64,000 nt of DNA from Octopus sinensis (taxonomy: Eukaryota): contig NC_042998.1 in the NCBI RefSeq assembly GCF_006345805.1, positions 125,426,001 through 125,490,000 of the forward strand, read 5' to 3'. The first letter of the stretch is position 1. The number at the start of each line of letters is the position of its first letter. The position numbers were made by a program, and so were the translations under genes. Below the pieces are notes generated by a model. It searched no databases. It was not told where the DNA came from and saw only the letters and a list, made by a program, of their open reading frames with translations. This document shows positions 1 through 15,600 of the stretch, in pieces.

Positions 1-559
1 AAAACAATCACCGTTTAATGATGGTAAAAGTTACATACCCTTAACATTGTATTGGTGTAGAGTTGTAAACCCTTAATTAGCTTAAAGGGAACTAATTATA
101 GAATTAACTCCCTTCAAGTAAATAACTTAATTTTTTAGCAAGTCAATGGAAAAGCTGTTTTTATGTTATTTTGACAAGGTTTTTAACTCGAAAATATAAG
201 ATAGTTTCATACTTTTATTTTATTTCTGTACACAAGGGAAAGAAAAACACCACCACTGCTAGTTGAAATTGCTTAGATACAGATTAGCCATACGATCAAA
301 AACGTTCAAGCTATGACCATCCTATATTTTTTCGGGATATATAGGGCTACATTATCCAATGTGTCCCTTTCTTATTTAAGAACGTACGATGTTATCTGAG
401 GGAGTTTTGGCTGTTATTTCTAGCAGATCAAGTGACTACATAGAGACCATCTGTTGATTACTATATATGTTGTGGAAGTCAGACAAATATGCATCTATTT
501 AGATATTTTATATTATGAACTCTTTCAGAAAGGCTGTTCCAGTCCAGCTACATTAATAT

Positions 560-2170
560 AGTTGCAGCTGTCTTTCAAAGGTAGGCTGCATCCTCTGCCT
601 CAACTTCACCTATTTCCAGGACAGCTACAAGCACAACACCAACCAACATTCTTCTTTGATGTAGGAACATACAATTTTCCTCTCTCCTTATCCTATTTTC
701 TCACTCTCTCCAAGATGCCCATCATTATTCCAGCTGTCTGCTCTCTAACTTTCTCTCTCCGGTTCAAGTAGCTACTTGCAATTTGGAGCTATCAAACAAT
801 TCAGCAAGGAGCCAACTAATCGCCCACAGATCAAAAACAGTGCACAACAAATGAGATCATCCTTCAAGTCTGGGGTCTCATTTCCTCTCCAAAACACCAG
901 CTCACTTGACATGCTTTTCCTCAGCTCCAATCCCAACACACTTCCCACTATAGCTTCTGGTAGTTTCACAGCCAACCCAAATCTCTTTGGATGACCCACA
1001 ACCTCTGCTGCCCTCAACACAGTCTTGTCCATTGTCATGTCATATATGTAGGATTTAGTGGATATTTTCACTCTGACTACCTTCCTCAGTATCATCTTGG
1101 GGACTGTTGCCATGATCTTTGACACAGAGTTCAGTCGCAAAAATTCATCTCTAGCTGAACTTCATTCTTTGTTGGTTTGAACAACCATCATTTGTGGCAG
1201 CACCGAACTTCCACTTCTTCCCCACAAAGACATTAAAATACCTTCCCTAACACATCTCTCCACTTCCCTTTCATACTTATCTCTAACCCACACTCCTAGA
1301 GACCTTGTAGCAACTTACTTGATTCTTCGGCATTTAAAAATTTTTTTTATGGAGATTCAACCTTCCAGAACCATTTGATTGCCTGTCACATGCTATCAAA
1401 TACTATATAGAAATCCTTGTCTTCAATCTTACAAAGAATGTCCAACACTTCCTGACTCACTGTGATAATTCCAGTTCTTGCTCTTCTGCTGCACTCACCA
1501 CACATTGTGCCCTTTCAAATTTTACCCTTCCTTCATTAATCCTAACCTTTCCCAGCATGTTGATTACATTCATCCCCATCACTACACCCATCCCTTCAAC
1601 AATGTGGTCTGCTGCAATCACCTAGAGCACCAACCACATTCCATATACTGTCAACTCCACAGAGCTGGTATACTCTTTCAACAAACTCCTGTAACTCAGC
1701 TATTCACCAGCATAGAAGTCACTAGGGTTTCCACTCTCCTGTGTTGGTGCACAATATTGACTCCATACAGCTAACACATTAAAACCAGAGTTGGGCCTTG
1801 ACTTTCAGATCCTTTGGTCATCTGTTGAAATAGGTCTATCTATAAACATATCTGTACAGACATTAACTGAAATAGCTGACATATAGTGTGCATTTCTGGC
1901 TTGTAACTACCTTTGTAGGATTCTCTACATCTAGCTTCAAGACCAACTGAAGAGGGGTAATTTCCACCCTTCCAGAGTAGAAGACTACCAGTTATCACAT
2001 ATTGCATGCATATGTGCCAAGTTGCTCCTGACCTCTCCCCCAAAATTTCTTCATGGCACATCTGCGACTGAAGTTGTACGTAATGGGTTGGGATGTAATC
2101 ATCAAAAGATCCCCAAGTGAAGGTGGCCATCATTAGATTTAATGCCTGACCATATGTAATGAGCACACAC
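560..2170 (-). mobile_element. Highly decayed LTR-retrotransposon (Gypsy-like) pol remnant
   Basis: Broken minus-strand motifs QPTKNEV...F-LRLN (KVRPVLDFRELN-like), RFGL, LFLICGRLVG. Boundaries approximate. Confidence 0.45.
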
Positions 2171-2209
2171 ACACGTGTGTGATGTAAAGATATGCATTAC
2201 CAATTTTAA

Positions 2210-2412
2210 CCCTTTCGTTATCAACCCAGTTGAAATCGGCTCTGGCTCTGTAGTACAAATGTCTTGTTTTCATAAGTTTTGAATTAAAATCTTCCACTAA
2301 ACCTTAGTCACAATTTATTTTCTTAACACTAGCTTAATGATAACTAAGTTATTTTACTAAATTCTTTGTTATATTTAAAATTAATTGAAAGAAACATATG
2401 GTAACAAAAGGG
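2210..2412. mobile_element. piggyBac-type MITE
   Basis: TTAA|CCCTTTCGTTA ... TAACAAAAGGG|TTTA. Confidence 0.65.
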
Positions 2413-4296
2413 TTTAGAAACTATGATCAGAAAATACTTATCTTATGTTCATTAGTATTAGTAAAATTCTAAAAGTGAAGACATATTTTACCCATGCTAC
2501 TTTTTGTATGGATAACTGATAGAAAGGTCATAGAAAATAAAATTTGCTGATCTATATGAATCCTGATTTTTGTCATTGGGTATTGGCTGACATGTCACCA
2601 AAACATGATTGATTCTTCAGAGGCATAAGGAGGGGGGTCCTTTTTGAAATAAAGAAAAAGAACCTAGTCTCTTCCCACTTGCAAGGATTCATTCTAACAA
2701 ATTATTTTTGCATTTACTTCCTAGTTTATTTGTGTTCTCAAAGATGAAGAGATGCTGCCTGTATTCTTTAACTATGAGAGGTCAAGTCAGTTGTTTAATT
2801 GACGTTGGCAGTTAATGAGTGTTGGTTTCAATGAATGAGAATATTGTTTGATCAATAGAATTATATTATACTTTAGGAGGCTGAGTATCCAACAGACACA
2901 TGTAGCTTAAATGTATTCCTCAGGCAAGCAGCAAGACCATATCTGACAAGGACAAGAGTGGCTTTCCGAGTTACTAGTACAGTACATTTAACATGCTTTC
3001 CAAGAGAATTTCTATTACTAGGGTGTGATTATGGGGATTTGGCTGCTTTGCTGTCTTAAAAAAACTCATTGGAGAATGTGATCCTGAGTTTCCTGCACAT
3101 AAGGAAAAGATGAGATGCTTTCAACTGATCATAGGTCTGTTCATTTAGCACTGATGTAAGGATGAACAGCAACCCAATTTCACATATAAGGTTTCAGCTG
3201 ACCCAAGGCTACGGTAGAAGAAACTTGTTTAAGATGTTCGACAATGGAATCAAACCAAGGATCTCATGATTGAGAAACAAGCTCCTTAACAACTCACCTA
3301 TTTGCAGTTAATACTAAAGTATGAAACAAGAATTTCTCTCAATTACATACAGTATATTTTTCTCATAAACCTAAAACAAAGGTGAAGATGTATGTTGAGT
3401 TACAAAACAATAAAAAACAAATGTTTTAAAAAATCGTATAAATTTTATTTCCAGTTATAATTTATAAAAAAAAAAACCCAGTTAAAATAGAGTTAAACAA
3501 AATGGCTTTTTAATAGATTCATATATATATATATATATATATATCATCATTATTTTAATGTCCATTTTCCATGTTTGAAACCCTAACATGTTTTCCCTAT
3601 GGCCAGACATGTTTTCATAGGAAATTGGAAATGAACCCACACTATGATGGTGACACTCTTTACAACTCTCACATGTCGTCAAGACAAGGAAACAATACAC
3701 ATACACACATATATTATACATAATGGCCTTCTTCCAGCTTGTTTACCAAATCTATTCACAAGTCTTTGGTTAGCTCCATGCTATAGTAGAAAACACCTTT
3801 TTTTTTTGGTAGCATTTTTCAACCATAATATCAACCAGCAGAATCAGTCATTGTCTATTCTACACATCTTCAGTTTCAAAGAAAATATTGATTTATCATA
3901 TCTTGATTTTGCCAGATTAAATCACAACTTACATTGATTTCTTTTATTTCAACATTCTCCATTCCCACAACATGGGACCCAAAAGAACTATAACAGAAAT
4001 TATATAAGAAAGAAATAGATGAATGAACATTATATTCTTTATTTCAAAATACATTATCCTGCATTGCTTCAGTTCACATAACTGTCAAAAATAGGCATGA
4101 AATCAATGCTTTTACCTCAGATCAGTGTCCACTAGCCACCTCAGCTTGCTGGAATATTGAATCTGGAAACAGGTTCTGATTATGAGCTATGAGTGACGGT
4201 TTCTGTGCAACAACCTATTCAATTCACCATCTCATTTATCTGGCATCCCTGATATGGCTGGGGAAATCTGTATTACTGCATCTTAACTGTCTACAC

Positions 4297-4545
4297 CAGT
4301 ACTTCTCAACCTTTTTTGCTTATGGACCTCTTTGATTCCTCTTTTACTTTACTGGACCCTCACAGCCATTTGATGCTTTAAAAAATCCTATTATATTTTT
4401 AGAATTAAATATTATAAGAAATTATATTTTTAAAAATTGCTAAAATAGCTTGTGTACTGTAGAATAACCAATTTAATGCACATCAATTTGAATAAAATCT
4501 GACATGGACCCCTAATGTTCATATAAACCCTGACTGAGACCACTG
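4297..4545. mobile_element. hAT (Charlie-like) MITE
   Basis: CAGTACTTCTCAACC ... GACTGAGACCACTG; 8-bp TSD gtctacac/gtctatac; a relative lies at about 44130-44340. Confidence 0.7.
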
Positions 4546-5677
4546 GTCTATACTCTACACTAAATACACTAGACATTGAACCCCTATTTTCATGTCTGAT
4601 CTACATAAAATCTCTGCCTTCCCTCACAGCCATATCGACTTAATGATACACAATTGAAAATTTAATCACACCACCATGTGAACATGCAAGCTATTTGGTC
4701 AATACAGTTAAGTCTTACTATGCTGAGGCTATATAAGACTAAAACATATCTGGAACTATCTCCCATACTTGCCAAAATTATTAAATAATATTAGTCATTG
4801 AGCTACATAATTATTGCTAAGTAGCTTTTTAGTGGTTGCCATTAAATATATAAACACTAATTTAACTACTGCTTTTCATGTGGATGGCACCTCTAAGTAA
4901 CTCAACAGGTACTAGTTTTTTTTTTGTTTTAAATATAGCTATTTATAGTTGGTTAAAATGGGACAACAACCTATTTACAGTGAGCTTAAAACAAATAGTA
5001 GAAACTTCCTATCTTGGTCATAGACACTGTACAATGTGAAGCAAACCATCAATCCTTCAGTTGTTTGACCAACTCCCTTTCAATTTAGCAACAAATAGCT
5101 TTTACAGATGAGTGTGTACCTAATTATTCAATTATAAGGAGATTTCAAGTGAATATTTTAGCTTCTAAGTGTCTGCCAATTTGTGTTATACAATCATATG
5201 ACTGTGTATATGCTGTATACATAAAACGTGTACAATCAATAATTAGTTTTAAAACAAAACTAAAATAACAAAGTTTCTTGCAGAAACAAAATTTCGGGTA
5301 AAATTGATTTCATATGTGTAAAACTTGTCGGCGATGAATATAGTCAACTGAATCAATTGTTTCACTGATTCTGGAGAGATGAAATGCAAGTTAACACAAG
5401 TGAGATTTGAACCCAGAATGTTATGACATATGACAAAATACAATCTTTCATAAACTATGGTTCTTGCACTTCTGGTAATGCACCATCCATAGTATATCGA
5501 TTTCTTAACAAAAAAAATAAATAAAGTAATAAAATATAAATAATTCTTTAAAAAAATGTTTTTGTATTTCATGGGACCTCCGAAAAAATATATTAAAGTA
5601 ATATATAAAACGTTTCTAACTTTATAAATCAAAGTGATAACAATTCCACGGACTGATTCCAATCACAGTGCACACAA

Positions 5678-5829
5678 TTATTCTGAAAGCCAAGAATTAA
5701 AAGTATCTTGCATAAATTGCCGGGATGCAGCTTTGCCATTATTTACAGTTGGTATAATGTTATCAGGTCGGCTAAACTGTACAAATCTTTTTAATTCTGA
5801 AAAACTGCTATGCTCACTGTATGGTATAC
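5678..5829 (-). CDS. DCLRE1A: DCLRE1A last coding exon ([17 protein letters not shown]...IIPTVN...WLSE*)
   Basis: Acceptor ttttag|; PYSEHSS and IIPTVN motifs; TAA at 5680-5678. Confidence 0.97.
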
Positions 5830-8800
5830 CTAAAAATAAATCAAGAAGAAATTTTTTAAAAATTTAATTATTTAATTAAAACCTTATTTAGAAAACTAAA
5901 TCAAATATGACTAAACTAAATCATATTTACTTTAACAAAATTAAATATGATTAAACTTTCAAATTAAATACCTCTAAAGGATTCTGCCCTCAATGTTAGA
6001 ATTTCCTTTCTCACAACACATCAGCATTATTTCTTTTAATTATTTTTACAAAAATATAACTTACAATGTTAATTATAAGATAATGTTAAGATAATTGTAA
6101 TGAAAATTTTATTTTCATCAATATTTTAGTCCAAGAAGGAAAGGTAGCACTGATGATTTTTACATAGGACTACCTAAACTGATGGAAGACAAGAAGGAAG
6201 ACATTGGGGACTTAGTTCAAATGACTGCAACAAAATAAATTCAACTAAAAGCATTCAAATGCTTAGTGACAGTGTTAAACTGGGCAGCTAAAAAACAAGT
6301 ACAATCCATCAACTTCACTTCAGAATAATTTTTGTTTACCCAGTTTCATTCATAAGAAGCCTTGGACTGACCCAAGACTATACTAGATGTCTGCCTAAAG
6401 CTCAGTGCAAGAACAAAACCAGAAGCAGATGGTCACAAACTAATCTTCAAACTACATAGCCTGTGGTAATATGTCATATATTTTGTTAAAAACAAAGAAC
6501 TTACCATATATGGTAATCTTATCTGTTTTCAGAGAGGGCTTAATATCAAAGAGGGAAGTTCTATTTTTGCTATGAGTCCAACCAGTAGGTTTCAATGCGA
6601 GAATTTGGTTAAATTTTGCATATCTCTTTAAATGTTCATTAAGATTCTTGAAGAAAGTAAACAGAGAAAAAGTTGACAATAGATGAATATGTTAGTATTG
6701 ATATTTTTATATAGCATTGTCATATTACAAAACTTGTCTTCAAATGTGCCACATTTCATGCAAAAAATATGTTAATTTCTTCAAATGCTTCAGATGTGGA
6801 AGTGTAAAAGTACTTGAATTCTGCAAACAGTATAGTTGTGTAGTTAAGGAGTTTTTTTGCAAACAGATGCTTCTGCAGCACCATGTATTTTTTGTTATTG
6901 CCTCAGAGTGGAATTTGGTAAATGGAAACTGTGTAGAAGCCCACTAAATATGTATATCTCTTTACCAAAGTATATTGGCAAAAGATGTAATCATAGACGA
7001 AAACTGATGCTGTCAAATATAAATACAAGGGAGGCATTTTTGCTGTCATGCATGCAAACTGAGGGCTAGCAAACCAGATGGCTGCACCAGGTTCCAATCT
7101 TGATCTGGCAGAGTTTCTACAGCTGGATGCCCTTCCTAACGCCAACCACTCCGAGAGTGAAGTGGGTGCTTTTTACGTGCCACCGGCACAGGGCCAGTCA
7201 GGTGGTATTGGCAACGACCTCGCTCAAATCTTTTTACACACGCCACCAGCACAGGTGCCAGTAAGGCGACGCTGGTAACGATCACGCTGAAATGGTGCCT
7301 TTTATGTGCCACCGACGCGGAAGCCAGTTAGCTGCTCTGGCAACTATCATGCTCAGATGGTGCTCTTGGCGCCCTACTAGCATCATTATTATTATTATTT
7401 TTATTATTATTCAAATATTCCATACTTCATCAAGCTAACATAGTTGATTGGGTCTGCAATATAATGCAATTCCTTGTACCTTCTGTTATTTACAATGATG
7501 GAAGATACAAAAAAATGTCAAGATAAATAAAAAGGTATTTACCTTGTAGTTCAAGTTCCCCATTTTCACAACATGGATGCTGCAGCTTTTTAAATCTAAA
7601 GTCAGTAACTTATCCATGGTAAGATTCTGAAGACAGTCCAATAATTTCTTTTTTTCTTGTGTCACACCAATTTTGCTTCCAATAGCCTCAGCTAAAGCTG
7701 AATAAGGGAATATACATAAAATACAGTAACAGTGTTTCATGACATTAATCTACTTATACAAAATATAGAATTTACATTTGGTTTTGAAATATGACACTTC
7801 TACACTACCATTTAATCTACTCCTCTTTCAGCAAGTTATATCAATTAATATTGCATATTAATTAATGATTTCTGAATAATCAATTACTCAACCTTTCTTC
7901 CAATAATTCTTAACCCTCTAGCATTCAGATTTGATTGTCAAATGTATAGCTCATTTATTCATATTGCTTTGAATTAATCCCGCATTATTTTGTAGCTTCA
8001 AGATTTCACCAACTTAAACAAGGAGACCATCCAGAAGAGTTGCAGGAGATTCCAAAGTCGTCTGGAGGCTGTGGTTGAAGCCAATTGCGATTTTATTGAA
8101 TAAATTTACTCTTTTAGTATATCAAGATATTTTTATGTAATTTTGGTAAATATATCTATTAAAATGAGATACGTTATTTTCATTCTTGCATAATTTAGAT
8201 GACAGTTTATTAGAGTTAATTAGAAAAATTCTAATACAAACAAATTTAAAATAGTAATACTTTAGTGTTGTTTGTTTTCTAGTGCTAAGTCTTCTGCATT
8301 CAGAAACTCCAAATGCAAAAACTAATAGTGCTATTAAGTTAGACACGGCATGGACCAATCTTTGGTTGAAATATATCTAAGTTAACTAGTTCTAAAATCA
8401 TCATCATTTAACATCCGCTTTCCATGCTAGCATGGGTTGGATGGTTCGACTGGGGCCTGATCTGCAGTGTTTCTACAGCTGGATGCCCTTCCTAACGCCA
8501 ACCACTCTGTGAGTGTAGTGGGTGCTTTTTACGTGCCACCAGCACGGTGCCAGGCGAGGCTGGCAACAACCACGATTGGATGGTGCTTTTTACGTGCCAC
8601 CGGCACGGAGGCTAGTGGGGCGGCGCTGGCAACGGCCACGTTTGGATGCCATAAAGAGATGTCAGAGATATAAGAAATGGAACTACTGTGTTACTGATGA
8701 ATGTTTCTTTAACTTACAAAGATTAGATCAAATTCATACTGGAAAGAGGAACTGGCATTGGACTGCCAACAACTCAGTACCAGAATGGTTCAGATTTTGG

Positions 8801-11326
8801 TATCTTGTCTTAGTTGTTAATAACAATGCTTTATTCTTCTTAATTATAAGAAAAGTTTAAATCTATGTCTTAAGCCCTGAAGTAGTTCCTGATTAGCTCT
8901 AGTTTCATGATACTATGCAAATAAGAGAAACGTGGCAACCTCACAGGAAATGATGGCAAACTAATTGCAGGTAATATTCATAGATGATCTAGTACCTATT
9001 CTTAAAAAGTGACCTATTTAGAAACACAACAAATTACCTGCAGTAAGTTGGAACACTCAAACTAGAAATTGGATGTTTAACACTTGATACACTTGAACAT
9101 TTTGACTTTTTTAATTCACATGAAGGAAAGAAACACTTATAAAATAAATAACATGCATGAAATTACCAAGGAAAACTTTCTCCTTCCCAATTGTGTAAGT
9201 CCCAACAACAACCAAAGTTTGGGGATTTTCTTTCAGAAAGGATTTCACCAGAGAAACACAGAAATCCAACACTTCTTGCTGTTCAGGAAACATATAGTTC
9301 GGATCACAGTATCTGCAAATATTGAATTTAAAAAATATGCCATTATTAAAAATCTCTGAAGTGTAGTGGACAGTAAAATCAATAGAGAGCTAGTCTTATA
9401 ATGCCTTGCACCAATTTAGTTACATCTGTTTACATTCTGAATTTTTATCTTTACTAGTGGTCTTGAAACAGCCCTTATAACTTAATTTTGGTTTGTGTGC
9501 TGGTCTTTTACTCTAGGCTAACGCATTCTGCTTTGTCAGCAACTAAACCAACAACCATACCAAGCCTGCTTAGTAAGGAGAGTGACCCAAAAGAAAAAGA
9601 TTCTCTTAAATGCCTGGATGGCTCACTATTTTGTTACCTAGGAGATAATTAGCATGGAAGATGGTTACTTTGAAAGTATAGTGGCCAGAGTAAGAACAGG
9701 TTGGAGAAAGTTCAGGGAACTTCTACTATTGCTGTCAACAAAGATCTTTTCCTACAACATGACAGGCAGAGTGCATGACTCTTGTGGTAGAACTGCAATA
9801 CTGCATGATTGTGACATGGGCCTTGAACACAGGACTTGAGAAGACTAGGAAAAAATGAAGTGAGCATGCCCCACTGGATGTCTAATGTAAGTATGCCTGA
9901 AAGACAGTATAAATACAGTAAAAAAAAAAATTAAGCATAAGAGGTATTAGATGTACAGTGCAAGAAAGAAGACAGCAATGGTATGGACATGAGATGCATA
10001 TGGATGAGGACAGCTGTATAAAGAAAAATTGATTACTTAATGTGAGTAGAGCTCGCGGAAGAGGGAGACCAAAAAAGATATGGGATGAAGTGGTGAAGGG
10101 TGATCTCAGGACTTTGAACCTCTGAAAGGAGATGACAAGAGACTGGGATGACTGGCAATATGTTGAGAAGACCCACCCAACTCAATGAAACTAAGAGCTA
10201 GAAGCGCTGTGTTTGTGTGAATGCACATCTGGGCTCTTTGCCCAGTTTTCTCCAAGACACTTCCACTACCTTTCATCTTTCTGTCTGTAGCTTTCTATAT
10301 CACTAATCTTTCTCACTACTCAGAATCATCTCACCTGATATCAATTCCCACCCTTAATACTGTCCTCCACTCACATTTTACATTTACCCCTCTCTGCCCG
10401 AGCCAGCAAATCATTTCACCTTCCCCACCACCATGCCTCACACTCTCCCCATGCACTATGCCTCTCCTACCACTCTCACGACCTACCCAAGTCACTAGTC
10501 ACCTCTTTCTCATGCTTTGTCTGCTTATTGTATGGGTATTACATTCAACTACTTTTCACCCCCACCCCTCATCCACCATTCATTAAACCCTCTCTCAACC
10601 CTATTCCATCTCTGCAGTTGTCACCTACTCTTACCTACCATCCTTACTTATCATCCATTCAACACATGTTTTTCATTCATTATATCCAACCCCTAACCCA
10701 TTTGTCATCTCTCACTCTTCTTCCCACTCTTGCAGCTTCTAACCACCGATACTCCTGGTTCTTCTACCCCTATTCATTTCTACTCATTTCATACCTTGAG
10801 GGTCCACCCAGCGACCTCAACACTGTTTTTATTTCTTCCCTTCTCCACTCTGATCATCCCCACCATTTCTTCAAAAAGGTGAGTAGTCACATAGCCTCTT
10901 TACCTGGCTTCTTCTCATATTTTAACCATTCATATCCAAGCACAAATCCACATCTCCTGGGGTTTGTAGTTTTGCAATCTGCATGTCAACTTCACTAGTG
11001 CTGGTGGAACAAGAAAAAATACCCAGTACATTGCTGTGAAGTGGTTGGTAATATCAAGCTGTAGAAGCCATGCCAAAATAGACAGACAGGGATGATGCAG
11101 TCCTTGGGTCCATCACTTCCAACCAATGCCAGCATGGAACATGAATGTTAAATGATGTTAAGATAAGTATCAGAAAAGGGATGGAAGAGAGGAGGAGGAG
11201 AAGCCTCTGCTGTATACAGCAGCTTTCCATGCTGACATTCGTTAGATGAGTTATCAGTCCATGTATTTTTTTGAGTTACTGATCACTTAGATGTATCAGG
11301 AGGTGGGAGCTCTATGAACTGATGAA

Positions 11327-11373
<47 letters not shown>

Positions 11374-12592
11374 GATAGTAGTCTCTCACAGTCCAAGAAA
11401 GATGGCTCTGCAATTTCTTGCTGAACAACTTGCACAAAATGACTTGTTTATAGTGATCAAATGTTTGTGCTGTACATTAACTCATACCCCCACCCAGCAA
11501 ATCAACACATTTGCACAGTATACCACGCACACATCAGGTGTCAATGTGCTGCAAAGCAACATGAGATGAAGTGTTTTGCTCAAGAACACAACACATAAAC
11601 CCACTCCAGGAATTGAAACCACAATCTTGCAATCATGAGTCCAACACTCTCACTCTGCGTGTGTGTGTGTAAACACAAACTTACGTTGTATCCAAATATA
11701 ATTGATTAATTTTGACATTCTGCAATGCATTGTATTTTTCCATGATTGAATCAGCTCGGAAGTCTCCAGTATGCAAAACCACTTTCTGCTTATTTTGGTC
11801 TGAGTATTTGAAAAGAATCAAAACCGAACCTGGACAGCTTGAAATAAAAAAATATATTTTTAAAAAGGGAAAACAGATTTTTTTTTTAAAATAGCATTCT
11901 GTATATCTTATTTAACATGGATATACTGCAGAAAGCCAGGAAAATGTAGTCTTCATCTCAAGAAAAATGTTCATATTGACATATAATGCTAAAAAAAGAC
12001 AGAACTATATTTGTAGCAGACAAAAAGCATCTAGCAGCAGCAGTAGAAATATTAAATCCAGATTTCTGTTTCTTTGAGCATCATCAGTAGCAAATACTTA
12101 CATGCAACTGTATGCTTAGACAAATGTAACCATTACTGATGTAGATAAAGTACAGAAGTTTATCAGGAGCAGACAAAATTTGTTCTTGAAATAGATATAT
12201 TTTGCAATTGCATAAAAGTTGATTTCAAGAAAACAGAATTAATTATGGTAGTTGTAGAAAAAATAAAGACTGAAGCTCAAAAGTGTATCTTGCATGATAC
12301 TAGCAAATGTCATCATAAAATTGGAGTTGAATTCCAATTAAAACTGTTTTAACACCCATTTTCTCAAGACAGAATTTATTGAGGCAGTATTTTTTTTACA
12401 GTTAGATGCCCTTCCTCTCACCAACCTTCACCTGTTTCCAAGCAAGGTAATATTTCCTTACGCTTAGATATGTTTTCAGAGAATACTGGAAATGAATGAC
12501 ACCACTTGTAATTATTACAATTATTATGTAATGTCAAGATAACACACACACAAACACATATGTATGTGTATATATATGTATATATGTGTGTG

Positions 12593-12649
<57 letters not shown>

Positions 12650-15600
12650 GGTGCAATGGGTAAATTGTCGCCATTTTATATTTTAATAAGGCACTAAAAG
12701 AGAATGACTCTCCCCAGACGCAATAATATATATATAGATACATACATACATACACACACACACATATATATATACATACAGACAGTGGGCTCCTTTTAGT
12801 TTCCATGTACTAAATAAATCTACTCACAAAGCTTTGGTCAGCCCATAGATATAGATACTTTTCTAAAGTGCTACACAGTAGGACTGAACCTAAAACCATG
12901 TGGTTGAAAAGCAAAGTTCTTAACCACACAGCCAAGCCTGCATCTATGAGATATAAATAGTAAAATATCTCAAGATTATATTTGAAAGCTCTGTTTAAAC
13001 AGTAAGATGTGATTTACAAGTTCAATACTGGTCTTTTGAGACACTGACAGGAGTTCATTTGAGACAAATTTTCCATAGTCAGACATGTTCTTGCAGAATA
13101 ATGGAAATGAATGACATTGCTTGTGTGACAGTGACACTCATTTACAGTTATCACACGATGTCAAACACACACACTCATCATCATCATTTAACGTCCGCTT
13201 TCCATGCTAACATGGGTTGGACAATTTGACTGAGGTCTGGCAAACCAGATGGCTGCACCAGACTCCAATATGATCTGGCAGAGTTTCTACAGCTGTATGC
13301 CCTTCCGAATGCCAACCACTCCGAGAGTGTAGTGGGTGCTTTAATGTGCCACCGGCACGAGGGTTAGTCAGGTGGTACTGGCAACGGCCATGCTCATATG
13401 GTGCTTTTTATGTGCCACCTACACAGGAGCTAGTCCAGCGGCACTGGCAATGACCTCACTCGAATGTTTTTCCACGTGCCACCAGCACAAGTGCCAGTAA
13501 GGCAAATCATCATTATATATATGTGTATATATATATATATATAATGATGATATATATATATACATATATATATAAAGTTGAAATTTATAGAAAAATAAAA
13601 GACAAAGACAGGTGTATGAACAACAAGCAGGTGTATTAGTTAGATACTCAGGAATGTGAAAAAGTCTTTTACATTTCAAGCCTACACTCTTCAACAGAAA
13701 GGAATAAGAGAAAATAAAATAAAGTGGTCAAGCATATATGAACTTTCTTTTAGTTTCAATCTACAAATCCACACAGAAAGCTTTGGTTGGCCTACTGCTA
13801 CAATAGAAGACACTGATCAGTATGAAAATCAGTGTTCTTAATACTTACTGATTGGCATCCATCAGAGTGACCTCAACAGACTCTACAATAACTGGACAAT
13901 ATAAAGGTAGTGGGTGAATGTACTGATTAAGTACACCAATCTTCAGCTTCACTAAATTAGCAGTGACCTAAAACAGAAGAGATAAATTGACTTAAAATAG
14001 TGATTTTCATCTGAAATATAACGCATTAGGGTATACATATGATCAAACTATAAAAACCTGCCCATCTTGCATCCAGTATCAAAACATATTTGACTAACTT
14101 TTGTTTTTTTCACAGAATATGGTTAAACACCATCTTCTTCATTCCTGAACCTGTAGTCAACAAGTCAGTGAAGGAGCTTCTATATCAGCAGTTCTCAACC
14201 CGAGACTCACAGATCCCAGCCAGTCCACAAAGGTAGTACTAGGTGGTTGAGTGGACCTCTATTAGCCATATTCAAATTTTAAAAGGCTATAGTATGGAAA
14301 AAAAAACAACTGCAAATAACACCAATATTGCCTCAAAAAAAAAAAAACACCTGTATGATGTAGTCTTAAATACTACCCCACCTCCCTTCTCTATCTCTCT
14401 CGTGTGCAATACATGTTTTGCAAGCATCAGTGATCATGAACTTCCATGTAAAAGTCTGAGTATTGTGGATTTTTCTTAGGAAAAATATAGCAGCCATCTT
14501 CCACTGCCTCCTGTAAGTTTATTTACAGTTTACTCTGTTAGTCTCCTGCTATTCCTAGCTTATCTTTGAGGTACAGGACTATTTAGTTCTTAGGTACAGG
14601 GACTAACTCACATGACATCTGGACATGTCCATACACTAGTGAGCCTGTGAAACACATATCTAAGAGTCAGCTCACCTAATTCTGTATGCCTTAGCCATAG
14701 AACCATTTTTTGCTAAGTGACCCATAATTGGGGCCCTTGACTGTATCACCCCCTCCTGGGCCACAGCAGATATGGGAGCAGTAGTGACTATGGGGTAACT
14801 CCATATTCTCAAACTGGAGCCTCACCACCAGATGCAATTTAATGCCTTGCCCAAATGCTTAGATACACTATAACTGAAAAAAAAAATTAGAAGAATTATA
14901 GCTGAAACATTTTTGATTACAGTTTTGCTAAATCAGAGATGACAAACAACAACAATAGCAACAATATAGGAGGCAGGAAATACAGTTGCAATATTTGTAT
15001 CATCTCCAATTGTAGAAACAGAAAAAATAGAATAACTCTAATTGGGAATTAAACAATGATTAAAGACGCAAATGGCAAGAAATTTATCTTGTTAATTAAG
15101 AAATATTTAGAGGAAAAAAAAAGAGATTCTTACTTCACTACAGTAAAGCGGCTGACAGAAATTCTTTGTTAAACCTTGGTAGTGATCATAATGAAAGTGT
15201 GTGAGAAAATATGCACAACACCCTTGAATGACTCCATACTTGAAGGCATCAACAGTGATGTTTGTACCTGAAATAATTAAAATAATGGTTTGTTACACTG
15301 GCATGTGGACACTAATTTATAGGAAATGGGGAGGCACAGTTAACTGAATTGAAAAACAAAAGATCTCTCTCTCTCTCTCTGGCTGAGTAATTATGTACCT
15401 CCTCTACAGTAAGACATCTATTTCTGTCACTATGTCACACTCTAACCTTTCATCATCTGGCACAAGATTACCTCCTCCAATTCCCCCTCCCCTCTCAAAA
15501 ATTCCTTGTCTTGCAAAGTTACTTGATGACCCTGCCAGTGCAGGTGCCACTTAAAAAGCATCCAGTCAACACTGTAAAGTGTTTGGCATTTGGAAAAGCA

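Noticed and set aside
5249-5662. 137-aa ORF just downstream of the DCLRE1A stop, containing an acceptor-like site near 5508
   Set aside because: No recognisable domain and no convincing donor to link it; most likely 3' UTR.
7069-7400. CRISPR-like repeat-spacer pattern from recurring GTGCCACC motifs
   Set aside because: Internal modules of a eukaryotic SINE; spacers are related to each other and there are no cas genes.
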